A DNA stretch of 64,000 nucleotides from Phaeosaccion multiseriatum (GCA_965112735.1 OZ218964.1:2294001-2358000), one strand, 5' to 3'. Positions 1 through 21,271 are shown, numbered from the stretch's first letter. The notes: generated by a model from the sequence alone, not told the origin. A program made the numbers and translations.

Positions 1-156
1 GCCATAATCTTCACTACACACATCTGTCTGCACCCTTCACACACATAACAAACGCATTTTCGTTTTCGCCCCTCTCCCTCCTCCTCTCTCTCTCTCTCTC
101 TCGCTTCCTCCACCTCCCCTCCTCTCTCTCCCTCTCTCTCTCTCTCCCTCACTCAC

Positions 157-2935
157 CTGACCCCGTCTGTCTTCTCACTGATCCAGTAGTCTGCACTTTG
201 CACATCGGCGATGTTCCTCCTACACATGTTGACAGGCATGCAGCCTGGGAAGCTCGGCCCCTTACCCCCCTTGCCCCCCCCCCCCCGGCTCTCCAGAAGG
301 GCGCTACACTCTCCCTTGGCTGCTTGGGCCAGGGGGCCTGTTTCCTTTATGGGGTCGCTAATGGCTTTGGAGGGGGGTAATGTGAGGGGGGGGGGGGGGG
401 GGGGGGGGGTGTTGATGGAGGTGGGTTCAGTTAGGGTGCGCAGATCATCTACGATGGGGACGGAATTTATATATATATATATAATATATATATATTATAT
501 ATATATGTTATATATTATGTATTGTGTGTGTGTTGGAGTGAGTGGTGTTCAGGCAAAAGGAGAGAGACAGATGGTGTTATCACTCACCCGAATGTATGAA
601 CATTTGCTACAACGACACTAAGGGCTGATTTAATGACAAGGGTCTTCACACAGATGGCACCCTAGGCACGCATACGATGATGACAGGCTTACGCAACGCT
701 TACGTAAGCTTTACTTTCGTAATTGTTCCGCAGGTATGACGGTTACAAGTTGAAGCTCAAAAAGACTGACCTGAGACGGGCTCGAACGGGTTCCAGCAGC
801 GCAGGATGTACGTAAGTTGGTGAGCCAGCAGCTGCGTCTGTGTTTCCCGCATGCTCGGGTCCGGGCAGTCCAGCCACATCTGGCGGATCTCGGGCAGCAT
901 TTCGATCTCGACTTCCTGTGTCGAGGTGCCGAGTCCAGTCCGGTAGGGTGGGGGGGGGGGGGTTAGGTGAGGTGAGGTGGGGTGGCATGTACTTGTATAG
1001 AGGGTAGGACAGCTCTGTACAGGAGAGAGCCTTATGATAGAGGCGTACAGACACACAAGAGAGAGCCTTATGATAGAGGCGTACAGACACACAAGAGAGA
1101 GCCTTATGATAGAGGCGTACAGACACACAAGAGAGAGCCTTCTCCCAGCAGGGCAGGCCAGACCCGTCATCGCGCGCGCGTGTGTGTGTGTGTGTGTGTG
1201 CGTACGTGTGTGTGTTTGTGTGCGTACGTGTGTGTGCGTGCGTGCGTGTGTGTACGTGTGCGTGCGTGCGTGTGTGCGTGTGTGTGCATGCATGAGTGCG
1301 CCTGCGTGCGCGCGGTACCAACCTTGGTGACGCTCTCCTCCCCGGCGGTTTCCGTGTCCTCGTCCATGCCCACCTCCCTGATGGTGGTGAGGTCGGCTCT
1401 CCAGAAGATGGCGTCCGCTGAAGTGCCGGGGATCACCCACGTCGAGCTGGAAACCCAAGGAGGAGGCAAGCAGGCACATGGGTAAGAAGAAGGGGCAGGC
1501 ATAGGGGTCGGTGGATGGATCAAGAAGCATACGGGTAGATGTGAGGGTGTGTGTGGGTGTGAGGAAGGACGCTACGCTGCAGCAGAGCAGTGCAAAGAGC
1601 AGTCATATGGGGCATTGGGCAGGAGGAGTGGGGGGGGGGGCAAAGCAGCAGTAGGACTTCACACACAAACACACACACACTCACTCACACAAACACATAC
1701 ACACACAAACATACACACACATACACATACATACCCATACACACACATACCGTTGCCGGAGTCGAACGGTGGTGAAACCGTCAGGTACGAGGTCCCCGAA
1801 CTGAGATTCAACAAGGGCCTCTCCCTCCCACACTCCCTCCGCGTCAGGGGCAGGCAAGGGAATCTCTCTGGCCACGGACAGGCGGAGGTCGTAGGGAGCG
1901 GCAGGGAGGCTGTAAGTGTACTCCACGTTGGGCACGCGTGTCTTTTGCTCCCTGGGGGCGAGGAGGGCGGGGGGGGAGGGGAGGGGGAGGGGAGGTGGAG
2001 GGGAGGTGGAGGGGAGGTGGAGGTGGAGGGGAGGGGAGGGGAGGGGAGGGGAGGGGAGGGGAGGGGAGGGGAGGGGAGGGGAGCGGAGGGGAGGGGAGGG
2101 GAGGGGAGGGGAGGGGAGGGAAGGGAAGGGGAGGCAAGTTGAGGCAAGACTACATAGGACTACGTAAGATTCGGAGCGCAGTTGGAGTACTTGGGAGGGC
2201 AAGCAGATTGAGGGCGAAAGGCCCCAGGCAAGGTTGGGTATCCGGCAGAGCCCCCCAAGGAAGAGTACTTGGCACTCGCGCACTCACATCCGCAGGCCCG
2301 ACTTGTCTCCGACGATGGCTCTCCGCTCGTTATCGTACACATACACCCTCTCCGCCTATTGCATGGGACAAGGGCAGGGGCAGAAGCAGCAGCAGTAGTT
2401 GATAATACAGCAGCAGTTGTGATACAGCAACAGTGCTGGTGTAACGCTGGCGGTAACGCTGCCTTTCCCACAACGGTGCCCCTTGTGATTGTCCGCCTTC
2501 AGTGACTTACAAACTACCACCAGACCGACGGACAGACAGACAGACAGGCAGACAGACAGACAGACAGAAAGACACACAGACAGACAGACAGACACACAGA
2601 CAGACAGACAGACAGACAGACAGGCAGACAGACAGACACACAGACACACAGACAGACAGACAGACAGACAGACAGATGGAGAGACAGACAGACACACAGA
2701 CAGGCAGGCATACAGGCAGACAGACAGACAGACAGACAGATAGACAGACAGACACACAGACAGACAGACAGACAGATGGAGAGACAGACAGACACACAGA
2801 CAGGCAGGCATACAGGCAGACAGACAGACAGACAGACAGATAGACAGACAGGCAGACAGACAGACACACAGACAGGCAGACAGACAGACAGATAGACATA
2901 CATACATACAGACAGACAGACAGACAGACAGACAC

Positions 2936-2966
<31 letters not shown>

Positions 2967-3280
2967 TACAGACATACAGACAGACAGACAGACCGACAGA
3001 CCTGCGAGACTTGCTCCTTGGCTTTGCGGTACACGAGAGGCATTCCTTGCTTGATATCCTCGAAGCTGGGGGGGCTCACACCGCTCACAAAGGTCCTGGC
3101 AAGGGGAGGCAAGGGGAGGCAAGGGGAGGGGGGGAGGAGGAGTCAGGAGCGACGACAATGGCCATGGCGCTTCTTCGCATACTCAAAACGACAAGATATA
3201 GAGAAGGGGAGAGAGAGAGAGAGAAAGAGAGAGACAGACAGGGAGAGATAGAGAAACAGGGAGAGAGAGAGACAGAGAAG

Positions 3281-3314
<34 letters not shown>

Positions 3315-4550
3315 GGTCCAACGGCACACTCCGTGTCGTTCACAGCACACAGGCGGGGGGGGGGAATGGACGAGGTCGAATGAACTGAACTTGGAACACT
3401 ACCCTGGCCTAACGAAGTCAAACTGCGATACACTCCTTCCTACACACCTGGCGGTGACGCGGAGGTCCCGCTGGTCTTGCTGTACGGCCCCACTACCGGG
3501 GATGGACTGCAGCGCTCTCTGACGTGTCGACACCGTGGCCACCAGACCGAGTCGAGCCTCGATCTCCACCTGAGCCATTCGTGCGGTGAGGAGGAGGAGG
3601 AGGAGGAGGAGGAGGAGGAGGAGGAGGAGGAGGAGGAGGAGGAGGAGGAGGAGGAGGAGGAGGAGGAGGAGGAGGGGGAGGAGGAGGAGGAGGAGGAGGA
3701 GGAGGAGGAGCAGGAGGGGGAGGATTGCATGGGTCAAGGGTGGGGAGGGAAGCACAGGCAAGTGAGAACGTTCGAGGTAGCCCCCCCCCTTGGGACCCCC
3801 TGGGGACGGTATCTACGCATCCCTCCCTCCTGTCCATCGCTTTTTGCTCGCCTTGGCATCTACACCTCCACTCATCAACATCTCCCTCCCTCCCTCCTAT
3901 CCATCGCTATTTCCTCGCCTTCAGTTTGTCTCTGAGAGACTAAAGGGTGGGTTGTCTATCAGAGAACAAAGGGCATATGGGTGGCAGGAGTGTTTCTAGG
4001 ATTTGGATGGAGGGTAGAAGAGGGGAATTGCAGGGTGCATGGGTGGGTGGGGGTTCAATGGAGGGTCAATGAGAGTGAAAAAAAGGCGTGGGGGCTCACT
4101 CAGGGTGACTGGAGGGTGCCTTGGATGGCCGGGATGGATGAACAGAGGCGTATGAGCACGGACCTGCTGCTTCTCCTCCGGGGGGGCGGAGGAGAGGACG
4201 TTCCAAATCTCAGAGAGGTGGCTCTGCATGGCTTGGAAGAGATCTTCGCCAACGGGTTTGGCCAGCGCACTCTAAGGGACAGGGGCGAGGGAGGCAATGG
4301 CGTAGGGGTGAGAGAGAAGAGAGGAGAGGAGAGGGAATGCAGTGTGCGTCGTTAGAGGGGGGGGGGGGGAGGAGAGGAAGGGGGGTCGCTGAGTACTTCG
4401 CCAAGGAAGAGGAAGGAATGAGGAGCTTGCCTGTTTTTGAGACGCCCCCACGCTATTCTTGAGCTTGGTGGTGCCTGACGAGAGCACGTCGAGGAAATCC
4501 TTCGACCCGGCAGCGTCTTCCGCCCCATTAGTCGCACCAGAAGCCTCCAT
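157..4550 (-). CDS. mRNA capping enzyme: N-terminal Cet1-like (CYTH/TTM) RNA 5'-triphosphatase fused to guanylyltransferase; 3' part continues beyond the left edge
   Basis: Hand-spliced exons 4550-4431 (GC donor), 4271-4164, 3569-3448, 3095-3002, 2355-2288, 1951-1751, 1446-1323, 915-771, (448 or 364)-157; all junction phases are consistent. TTM motifs [43 protein letters not shown] are followed by the guanylyltransferase start FPGCMPVNM...[12 protein letters not shown] (motif I KxDG). Confidence 0.88.
1023..1141. repeat. 36-bp tandem repeat, ~3.3 copies, intronic
   Basis: GAGAGAGCCTTATGATAGAGGCGTACAGACACACAA at 1023, 1059, 1095 and partial at 1131; no spacers. Confidence 0.9.
2520..3000. repeat. 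(CAGA)n microsatellite in capping-enzyme intron
   Basis: Long degenerate GACA/CAGA run. Confidence 0.95.
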
Positions 4551-5178
4551 TGTTTTCAGTGAGTGAGTAAGAAAGGCACAAAGTTTTGGCTCGCTTCAAG
4601 ACTGCTTGCTTCTGGCAATCGCATCTTCGACCATCCTTTTACTATGGGGTTCGTTCTCATTGAGCATCGGTGTAGATCATCGTTAGCAAGCATTGAGCAT
4701 CTCGCCTCTGTGAGTCTAGAGGACCAACGCGTGAACGTCGAGCACCCGTCGCCCATCTGCATGTGGTTCGACGTATTGAGCAGGAAAGAGCGCCCATAAG
4801 CATCCAATACGAAGAACAAGGGTAGGCGAAAGCTCCTTACTCAGTTGCAACCCGAGACGGGGTAGCGGGAGCCGACTTTCACCCCCCGAGGACAGCGACT
4901 AAAAGGGAGGGGAACGAAGATGGTGCAGATGCTTTCCATGGCTCTGCTCGGTGTGGGCGGCATGATGATGGCAGGTAGGTAGTGTTTTTAGAGTGAAGAG
5001 ATACGCGTGTTCCCTTGGGCAGCATGGCGGCAGTGGAAGTGAGGCACGGAACGAGGGAGCGTGGGCTGAGCGAGAGAGATTGCCACTGAAGAGAGAGTAG
5101 GAGTGACCGGGGCCGGGACACTGGTGATCAGGCCTTACGCATGGCTTTCGTCAGCTTTGTCTAGCCATCCTCCTTCCC

Positions 5179-9351
<4,173 letters not shown>

Positions 9352-10294
9352 GAGGGGGTTCTTTTATTGACTTAGATTGACTTTGATGAAATGAAACTGA
9401 AGACTAGGAGGGAGGAGAGGATGGCGGGTGGAGGGTAGAAGAGGAGAAGAGGGTGGGTGGGCAGCAGCAGCAGGAGGAGGAGGAGGAGGAGGAGGAGGAG
9501 GCGGGAGGACAGTGGGACAGATAGCAGTGGATAGTATGCCGTCACTGTTTATATTTACTTCACACGCCGAGGAGGAGGAGGAGGAGGAGGAGGAGGGGGG
9601 GGATGGCGGTGACGAACGCATGAATACATGCAATACAAACTTTTGTTGTCTTTTCTTCGTTTGATTATTATTGAACGCATCTCAATCAACTCTCGTCATT
9701 CATTCGAAATCGAAACCGTCCCTTTTAATCTCTAGTCTATTTCAGGGCCTCCATTCAATGGCCTTTTATTCCCTTTCTTGTCTATTGCGTGTGGTCTAAG
9801 TGTGTGAATGCGTGGTCTAGTCTAGTCTATCGCGCCCCTTCTATGCGCTGTGCCTTTTCCTTTCCTTTCCCTCCATCCAATGCCTTACATATATACTTAG
9901 GTATATGGGTATATACATCCCCCTTCCCCTTCTCCCCCCTGACTTTGGTTCTGCTCTGGACGCCGCAGAAGGCTCACGTCAGAGGGAACCCCCCCTTCCC
10001 CTTCCCCTTCCTTCTCCTTCCACTTGGCTTGCCCCAACAGGCGCCGATCTTGTCTCTCCTCCCCTTCCCCCTCCGCTTTCTATTTACACTGTTTGATTAT
10101 TTGCACACTTACTTCTGAGCGGTCCTCACTCACATATCGATAGAATGACACAATCGAGGACCTATTCTCTTCTTGTCGTCAGATGCCCAATCAGATGCCC
10201 AATACCACCTCAGCTCCTCTCCGGCCCCCAAGCCCTTCCTTGCCTGCCAATCAGCCCCCCCCCCCCCCCAAGATGGCCACAGTACCCCCAAGCC

Positions 10295-11728
10295 TCACCA
10301 CTTGCCGGCGGCGTAGGGAGCCCCGCTGTCGAAGTCCTTGAAGCCCACAAGGTCGTACTGCGCAGGCCTGTTGTAATATCCACCGCCGTGCCCACTCCCA
10401 GAGGAGGAGGAGGAGGAGGAGGAGAAGGAAGAAGAGAAGGAAGAGGAGCCACCGGACAAAGCCTGAGTCTCCTTGTCATCCGCCATGTAGGCCGCCATCT
10501 GTGAAGGGCTTGCGGCCAGCGCCCGGCCGGTGCTTCCCCCCCCCCCAGAGGTAAGGTAGCGCCTGCCCATCGGGGAAGTGATAATGGCGCATCCGACGGC
10601 GCTGAGGGTGTTGTCGTAGGCATCCCGGGCGCCGCTCGCGAGGAGGGCGGAGAGCTCTTTGACACCAAGCTTCTGCTTCTGCTGCCCACCGGCCTGTCGC
10701 TCCTCCTCCTGCCCCTGTATCACCAATCGCTGCGGCACGTGGATGGCGCTCTGTCGCATCTCCATGGCCTTGAGCAGCTCCAGACTGATCTGCTCCTGCT
10801 GCTGTGATAGAGAGCTCTCGCTCACCGCCCCGTCCGCCGGCCTCGGTCTCTTGCGCCTGGCCATGGTCCTCCCCAACCCCCCGATCCTCTGCTTTACGGC
10901 ACCCAACAGTCTCTGTCCGGGCCTTCCTCCCCGCTCTCCCCCGCCGCCCAGAAGAGACGCCTCAACGGTGGTAGTGCCACTGCCAATCACGCTCACGGGC
11001 GCCCAAGACAACTGCTTGGCGCCTTTACGACGGCCCAGGCCGAGCAACATGGAGGGGGAGGGGGAGGGGGGGGGAGACGTGGAGCGCCTCCTCCGGTGGG
11101 TGGGACTGGCGCTGCGCTGCCGAAGGGGGCTGGGGGGGCGGACGAAGCAGAGGCCGGACAAGTCCTCGCCGCTAGGGGCACGTCTGTCCCGCTTCCTGCC
11201 GCGCGTGGCTCCGGGAGAGGAGCACTCCGTTGCGGAGGCCAGCTCCCTCGGGTGGTCGAAATCGCCGTCGCCGCCAATCTCCGCCACGCCCCCCTCCGCC
11301 GCCAGTCGCCCTCGGGAGATGAGGACAGCTTCGACGGCCTTGGTGGCCGGCCTGTGCAAGTCATCTCCGACCCTATCGTTCCTCCTCGGGTGGTTGCCAA
11401 GCTCGGAGGAGGAGGCTGCCTTGAGCGCAGCCGCCGTCTCCGATACCGAGACCGCCGACTGCTGCTGCTGGGAGGGAGTCCTCAGGTGCGCGACTGGCCT
11501 CTGCTCGCAGCGGCTTCGCTCGTTGTTCTCAATGTCCGCCATGACATCGACGGGTCCGTGGTCGCTCACAAGCAAGTCACGGTTGGGGAACCGGTGCTCC
11601 AGGAACTGCTTCGCGTCCCCGAAGGTGGCCAGCGTCCCGGGGTGGCACAGGAAGAAGAGGAACGCCAGGCGGCCCAGCACGAAGTGTGCGAACACACGCT
11701 GCTTCCCATTTATCCATCGTCTCACCAT
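10295..11728 (-). CDS. Hypothetical protein (~477 aa) with hydrophobic N-terminal segment, low-complexity body
   Basis: Long ORF from ATG 11728 (MVRRWINGKQRVFAHFVLGRLAFLFFLC...) not explained by microsatellites; no recognisable domain; the 3' end may splice at a GTGAG donor next to the stop. Confidence 0.55.
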   Translation of the reverse strand: MVRRWINGKQRVFAHFVLGRLAFLFFLCHPGTLATFGDAKQFLEHRFPNRDLLVSDHGPVDVMADIENNERSRCEQRPVAHLRTPSQQQQSAVSVSETAAALKAASSSELGNHPRRNDRVGDDLHRPATKAVEAVLISRGRLAAEGGVAEIGGDGDFDHPRELASATECSSPGATRGRKRDRRAPSGEDLSGLCFVRPPSPLRQRSASPTHRRRRSTSPPPSPSPSMLLGLGRRKGAKQLSWAPVSVIGSGTTTVEASLLGGGGERGGRPGQRLLGAVKQRIGGLGRTMARRKRPRPADGAVSESSLSQQQEQISLELLKAMEMRQSAIHVPQRLVIQGQEEERQAGGQQKQKLGVKELSALLASGARDAYDNTLSAVGCAIITSPMGRRYLTSGGGGSTGRALAASPSQMAAYMADDKETQALSGGSSSFSSSFSSSSSSSSGSGHGGGYYNRPAQYDLVGFKDFDSGAPYAAGKW

Positions 11729-12285
11729 CGCCTTTGTATTCGTATTCGACCCACCGAAGCCCTGGGGGGGGGAATGCGGTTGGGGAGGAGGAGGACAGTT
11801 CCGGACGTGGTGAGAGCAAAGCACGAGACAACAGAGCTGCTAGCTTGACACTGGTGGTGCAGGAGAGCAGCGCAGCAGCAGTGGCAGCAGAGCAGTGCAG
11901 TTACACACCCGAGAGACCCGCCGGCCGCACCAGAGAGAAACACCCGACTCAAAACGTTGCAACGAATTTTTGTTCCAAAATAGCACCACAGCCACAGCCG
12001 CACCCCTTCCTCACCTTCTGTCTTGTCGTATGTGTCTAAGGCAATCCTTTCTCTCTATCTCGGTCTCTGTATAGCTTCACGTTCCCTAATATTGATGATG
12101 TATAACACACGTCCCCCTCGAGTGCGTACGGCTCCAACTCCAACTCAAACTGACATCAACTTGAGGTGACCCCTGGGGTTGCTGACATACGTAACCATGA
12201 AGCGCAAACGGAGATGGCACTTTGGTGTTTGACTGCGCTTCACCCCTCAATTTTTCCACAATAAGTTTTAGCCCTTGTCACAGCC

Positions 12286-16155
<3,870 letters not shown>

Positions 16156-16994
16156 CAGTGACAGGAGCGACTTGTGTGATGTTTCCCCGGCGGCCCCCAC
16201 ATGAGGCCATTTTGTAGCGCTTTTCGTCCGTCTCTTGTCTCTCGTGTGTATTGATCCCCACGGTGGGACGACCCTGCTGCTCTCGAGCCCTGCTGCTCTC
16301 GAGTCCTGCTGCTATCCTGCTATCCGCGTGTGTCCGTGCTGCCAGGGGCGGGCACTGAGAGGCGAGGAGGGACAGTGGCGTGTAGTGTGCCCTCTCTGTG
16401 CTGGGCACACCCACCCATCTCCTGTCCAGCGGCGACAGAAAACACACTCTCGACTTGGGCCGTTCTAATAATGAGCTTTGCCAAACTAACGTGTACATAA
16501 AAGAGACTGGTCTATTATCCATTGTCAAAGGGTTTTTGCTTCTTCGGGCATCGCTCCATGCCAAGCATGACAAGGGGCTAATCATGTACATCATTAGCGA
16601 TTGATGTAGATCATGAAGCCCCCTTGACACTGCTCTCCTGTCCCGCCGCCCCCCCTCTCCACTCCCAGCCCCCCGCCTTTTCCCTCCGGCATACAAAGAG
16701 CGGTGCTCCCCTTCTGAGGAGATGGCCCTATCCATCCAGTGCCATCTACCTCAAGGACCTCTCTGGCCCTCTCCCTCTGATTGAGTAATGCGTGGAAGCT
16801 TCGCTCGTCCACCCCTTGGGAGGAGGGGTGGAAGCTCCAGAGATATAGGAAACATTCTGTGGCTCTTTGACAATCGAATCCTCTCTCGAGATATCAATCC
16901 TAATCTCCTTGATCAATAAACTGAACCTGAAACTCTCCTCCCTGCGATTTATGTAAGCGCACGTAAGCCCCTTCATCCAGTGCCATCCACCTCC

Positions 16995-18484
16995 CTAGTG
17001 CGGCACAGGCACGTGGCCATCTACGTAGAAGTTCCTTGTAGCGCTCGGCAGCGTGACTTTGATGCCGTTCATCGCCTCTGTCACGAGTACCTGACAGCCC
17101 AGTCGGGAAGTTGCCTTCAGACCGAACGCCTGGATACGCACGCACACACACGCAGAGAGTGGGCGGGAGGAGAGAGAAAGAAAGGCAGAGGGAGAGAGAG
17201 AGGGAGGGGGACAAGCGAGGGAGGAGGGAAGGAGGGAATCCGAAAGGCAGGAACGGAGGTAAGCAGGGGGGGGGGGATGGAGACGGGAGGAGGACGCAGT
17301 TCCGGTGGTCTAGCCCGCCTGCCTACCCATACGCCTGCCCATACACGCCTGCCCTGTCCGCCCAAAAGCCTGCCTGCTTGCCCATATGCCCACCGATATG
17401 CCTGCTCCTGACCTGGTCGAGCATGTCCTCCTCGTCCTCGGAGGGCTCCTCCAGAGAATCAAACACGGAGTCCTCCAGTATAACGTGGCACGTCGAGCAC
17501 GCGCACACCCCTGGGCGGGCAAAGAGAGGCATATGGGCCTACGGGATTACGGAAGGGTAGCGTGGCAAGCAGAGCCGCGGATGTCTCCAAGTGGCAACTT
17601 CACTTCCAGGAAAGACTAGGCGTGGCCTCCCCTGAGCCCATGCGGTGTCTCTCCTCCCCATCAGGGCGCCTCGCAAGAGTACGGAGGGAGGAGATGAAGG
17701 GCAGGACATGCACGTGTGGGCAGACAAGTGCCTTAAGGCCTGTTCTTCATACCTTCGCAGGCCCCCTCCAGCTCGATGCCGTGCTTATGCGCCACTCGCA
17801 TGAGGTTCATGCCCACCTTGGCCGACGTGACTTGCTCGCTCCCGTCCTTGTGCACCCAGGTCACACTCACTCTGAGCAACACATGTATAGTACAACAAAA
17901 GCACAATTCATCAGGACGGCGGGGGTCACGGAGGAAAGCTTTCTCTTGACCATATACATCCAAAGCGGACACGACAGTGGCTGACTGGAATGCGTTGGCG
18001 AGAGCGATGCTTGTGTGTGTGGAGGCGGAGACTTCCCACCCCGCCTCCCTCCCTCTCTGTGCATGTTTATCTGACTGACTTCCACTTACTCGGGGGCGTC
18101 GTGATCCACGTCGTCATGTCCATGCCGCGCCACAGCCGTGCAGTGCAGGCTCCTTCTCGCCACTCGCAAATGCCCTCCTCCTCCTCCTCCTGCGCGACAC
18201 CTCATTGCTGTCGTGCTGTGGTTGGAGCGAGCTCGTGGAGCCGCTGTTCCTGCCACTAATGGAGACCACAGAGTCGACGATGGAGCTTTCCCACCGTGCG
18301 CCCCTCCACCACTAGTGATGCTGAGAGTCCTTCCTATCAAGCTGCCTACTCTGTGCCTCTGCCCTACTATCTGCCCTCCCCTCTGCCCTCCTCCTGCTGA
18401 TGCTGCTGCGACAGGCGCTGATGCTGCCACAGCTCGTCTCCCTGTCCTCCGTAGACACGGCATCACTGCGACACTCCACGACAT
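16995..18484 (-). CDS. Mitochondrial adrenodoxin-type [2Fe-2S] ferredoxin (Yah1/FDX2-like)
   Basis: Exons ~18484-18090, ~17872-17753, ~17511-17413, 17129-16995: [57 protein letters not shown]; long Arg/Ser-rich presequence. Confidence 0.92.
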
Positions 18485-18748
18485 GCCTGTTGTGTGTCGA
18501 TCGTATGGAGAGAAGGAATGGAGAAGAGGGATCAGGATCAAATCATCCACGCAAGTGCCATCTGGGCATGTCTAAAAGTAACGCCAGCGCCGCCGCCCGG
18601 AAGGGATAAATCGGGAAACCAGCTGTGTGTAGAGAGGGTAATCGTCTTCAGAGCAACTGCAGCAGCAGTAGTAGTTAGCCGCGCACGGTGATTAGTAGAG
18701 TGCAGGAGTGGCAGCAGGAGGGTAGGAACAGCAACCACCAACAACACA

Positions 18749-19390
18749 ATGTTCGACATTGCCTTGCGCAACGTGAAGGACGCCCTCCTGGAGCCTATTC
18801 TGGCGAGCATTCAAGGGACGCTTGTGCGCAATCACGTGAGCCCAAACACTCTGACTCTGATTGGCGGTGGCTTCGGGGTATTGACCGCGATCAATGCAGC
18901 GCTCGATGGCATCGAGAAGGACAGCAGCATCTATCGGTACTACGCAGTGGCATGCTTGGCCCTCAATAGGTTGCTCGATGGCATTGACGGCACATATGCC
19001 CGCAGAACAGGACAAGCTACGGACTACGGAGGTTATCTGGATATAATCATCGACTTCTCCATTTATGGACTCCTCCCTCTCGCCCTAGTCGTCGGCCGCC
19101 AGGACCACGCCCTCTGCCTGGCCATGGGGCTCTTAGAAGTGACCTTCTTCGTCAACGCCGCTGGCGTGTTCATGCTCAGTGCCATCCTCGAAAAGAGGAG
19201 CCAAAAGGGGAAGAAGGAGGTCACGTCCGTCACGATGCCCTCGGGCCTCGTCGAGGGCTTCGAGTCCATGGCCTTCTTTTTTGCCATGGTGCTGCTGCCC
19301 GAGCACGCGCTGTATATATTCCTCTGCTTCGCAGCGGGTGTAGGTGTGACCATTTGCCAAAGGCTGCACTGGGCCAGCTGCCATTTGTGA
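18749..19390 (+). CDS. CDP-alcohol phosphatidyltransferase family protein (YnjF-like), intronless
   Basis: SPNTLT, signature DGIDGTYARRTGQATDYGGYLDIIID, C-terminal GLVEGFE; several hydrophobic helices. Confidence 0.88.
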   Translation: MFDIALRNVKDALLEPILASIQGTLVRNHVSPNTLTLIGGGFGVLTAINAALDGIEKDSSIYRYYAVACLALNRLLDGIDGTYARRTGQATDYGGYLDIIIDFSIYGLLPLALVVGRQDHALCLAMGLLEVTFFVNAAGVFMLSAILEKRSQKGKKEVTSVTMPSGLVEGFESMAFFFAMVLLPEHALYIFLCFAAGVGVTICQRLHWASCHL

Positions 19391-20722
19391 GCACTCGAGG
19401 GGATGAGGAGGAGGTGCGTGCTGGCTGCGTGTCATGGTGAACGTGGGGGTGCATCATTTCACGCCGACCCTCTGGGGGCGCCTCGGGTCGCTTGCCTTGC
19501 TCGGACCGGAGTCAGCCCCTGGAGCTCAGTCAGGAGAGGAGAGGAGAAGAGAGGAGAGAGCTCCTAGAGGAGGGGGCAGCGCAACAAGAGGCAGACCGAA
19601 GGGCCTCAGGCTGACATGTGTGTGGCCCTGCTGGTGTCCTCCCTTGGATCGATTCTCCTGCGGCGCGGCGCCTTCCTTCTGGCCCACTTCACGAGAAGGC
19701 TTCAAGACCTCATCTGTGCTGCAGGGAGAAGCAAAGGCATCGTCCCGCAGCTCCTTCCTCCCCACTCCCGTGACATGAATGCCGGAGGCCAGTCCACTGG
19801 GTGTGTTAAGTAGGCCCCAAGTGTGTGAAGTAGGCCCCAAGTGTACCGTTGTGTCGCGACGAAGCGAGCGGAGCCTTGCCGCCCTTCTCAGAGGAGAATG
19901 AGTGCGGTTAGGGTAAGGGTCCAAGGCCGGGCGAGTAGGGCGGGGCGGCAGGTTGCGCCCACAGTGCACCCCGAGGATAGGTCCCAGTCGAGAGAGAGAA
20001 GAGAGACAAAGCGAGAGCAGGGAGGGAGGTATCGCCTTCGGGACTGTGTGTATGGACGAGAAAAGCACACGAGGAAGGGGTGCCAAGCCGCCGTCGCTCA
20101 GTCATGAGACACCCACGCCCCGCCGGGACACGCCCTGCACTGAGAAGGGAGCAGCGATAGAGCGGCGTGTGTGGGCTGAGCTCGACGAACAGCCACAGCC
20201 AGGTCCAGCGACGCACTGGGTGGAGGAAGTGTGTGTGGACGTGTTTGTGTGTCGCAACGGGGGGTGGTGCCCGGGTTGTGGACTCGATATTGTCAGGGTT
20301 GCGGACTCGATATTGTCAGGGTTATCGACCCCTGAGTAGTTACTAGCAAGCCGGCTGACGCTGGCGATAGCAGAAGCCGACTGCCGCCAACAAAACCAAA
20401 GGCAAGGTGCCCTTATTGATGAACTTGTAGGACTCTTGCTTCATGACGTGGCCTTCGAGCGGGCAGAAGACGACAGCCGACAGCCGACAGCCGCAGATAA
20501 CGGCGACTGACGTGGAGAGAATCGAAGGAAGGAAGGAAGGAGGGATGAGGCAGTTTCAGTTTCAGCTTAGAGCCAAATTGCGGGGGCGGACAAAGTAATA
20601 AGTCAGTGATGCTTCAACCAGCCACATAAAAACAAAACAAAAAACCCGCTCTCTCGAGGATCTGAGGCTCCAATTCCCGCATCTCTAAAGAACGACGCTG
20701 TGTGTTGAGAAGAGAAGGAACA

Positions 20723-21237
20723 ATGCTGCATTCAGGGCTACCTGTCCTGCTCGTCCTGCTTTCGGGGCTTCTTGGCCTCTGCAGAGGCTTTGTCTTTTTG
20801 GAGGGAAACGTGCCTTCCAGAAGTGGACACCACCTCCGAGTCCTAAATAGGGGAACAGAGCACTACAGCAGCTGCCTAGACACAGCATTCCCTGTGGGGT
20901 CCATGTCTGGACTCAAGGAGGAGCGACAAGTGGAAGAAGATGCGGCAGGAGAAAAAGATTGCGTCCAGACGGCTCCATTGTTGGCCCGCCGCAGCCTCAG
21001 GGACTTGTCGACAACGCCGCCGGACTTTGTCAACCGACTCGCCACTGCCGCCCTCGCTCCTTTCCTGGTGCTTATGTTTGCCCTCGGGGGCCTGGGTAGC
21101 CCCGCTCTCGCAGAGAACGTGGATAAGGGAGCGGTGTTGTTTCAGTTCAACTGTGCTGTCTGTCATTTGAATGGAGGGAATCTCCTTGCTGGGTAAGCAA
21201 AAGTTGCGTCTGACCTTTTTTCGCTTGCTTATGCTTG

Positions 21238-21271
<34 letters not shown>

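Noticed and set aside
10659-11813. 384-aa + strand ORF
   Set aside because: Antisense shadow of the longer - strand ORF in GC-rich DNA; non-ATG start and no domain.
19434-20340. Possible gene between the phosphotransferase and cytochrome c6 gene 1
   Set aside because: Short overlapping ORFs with no motif or consistent splice model; only small local duplications are visible.
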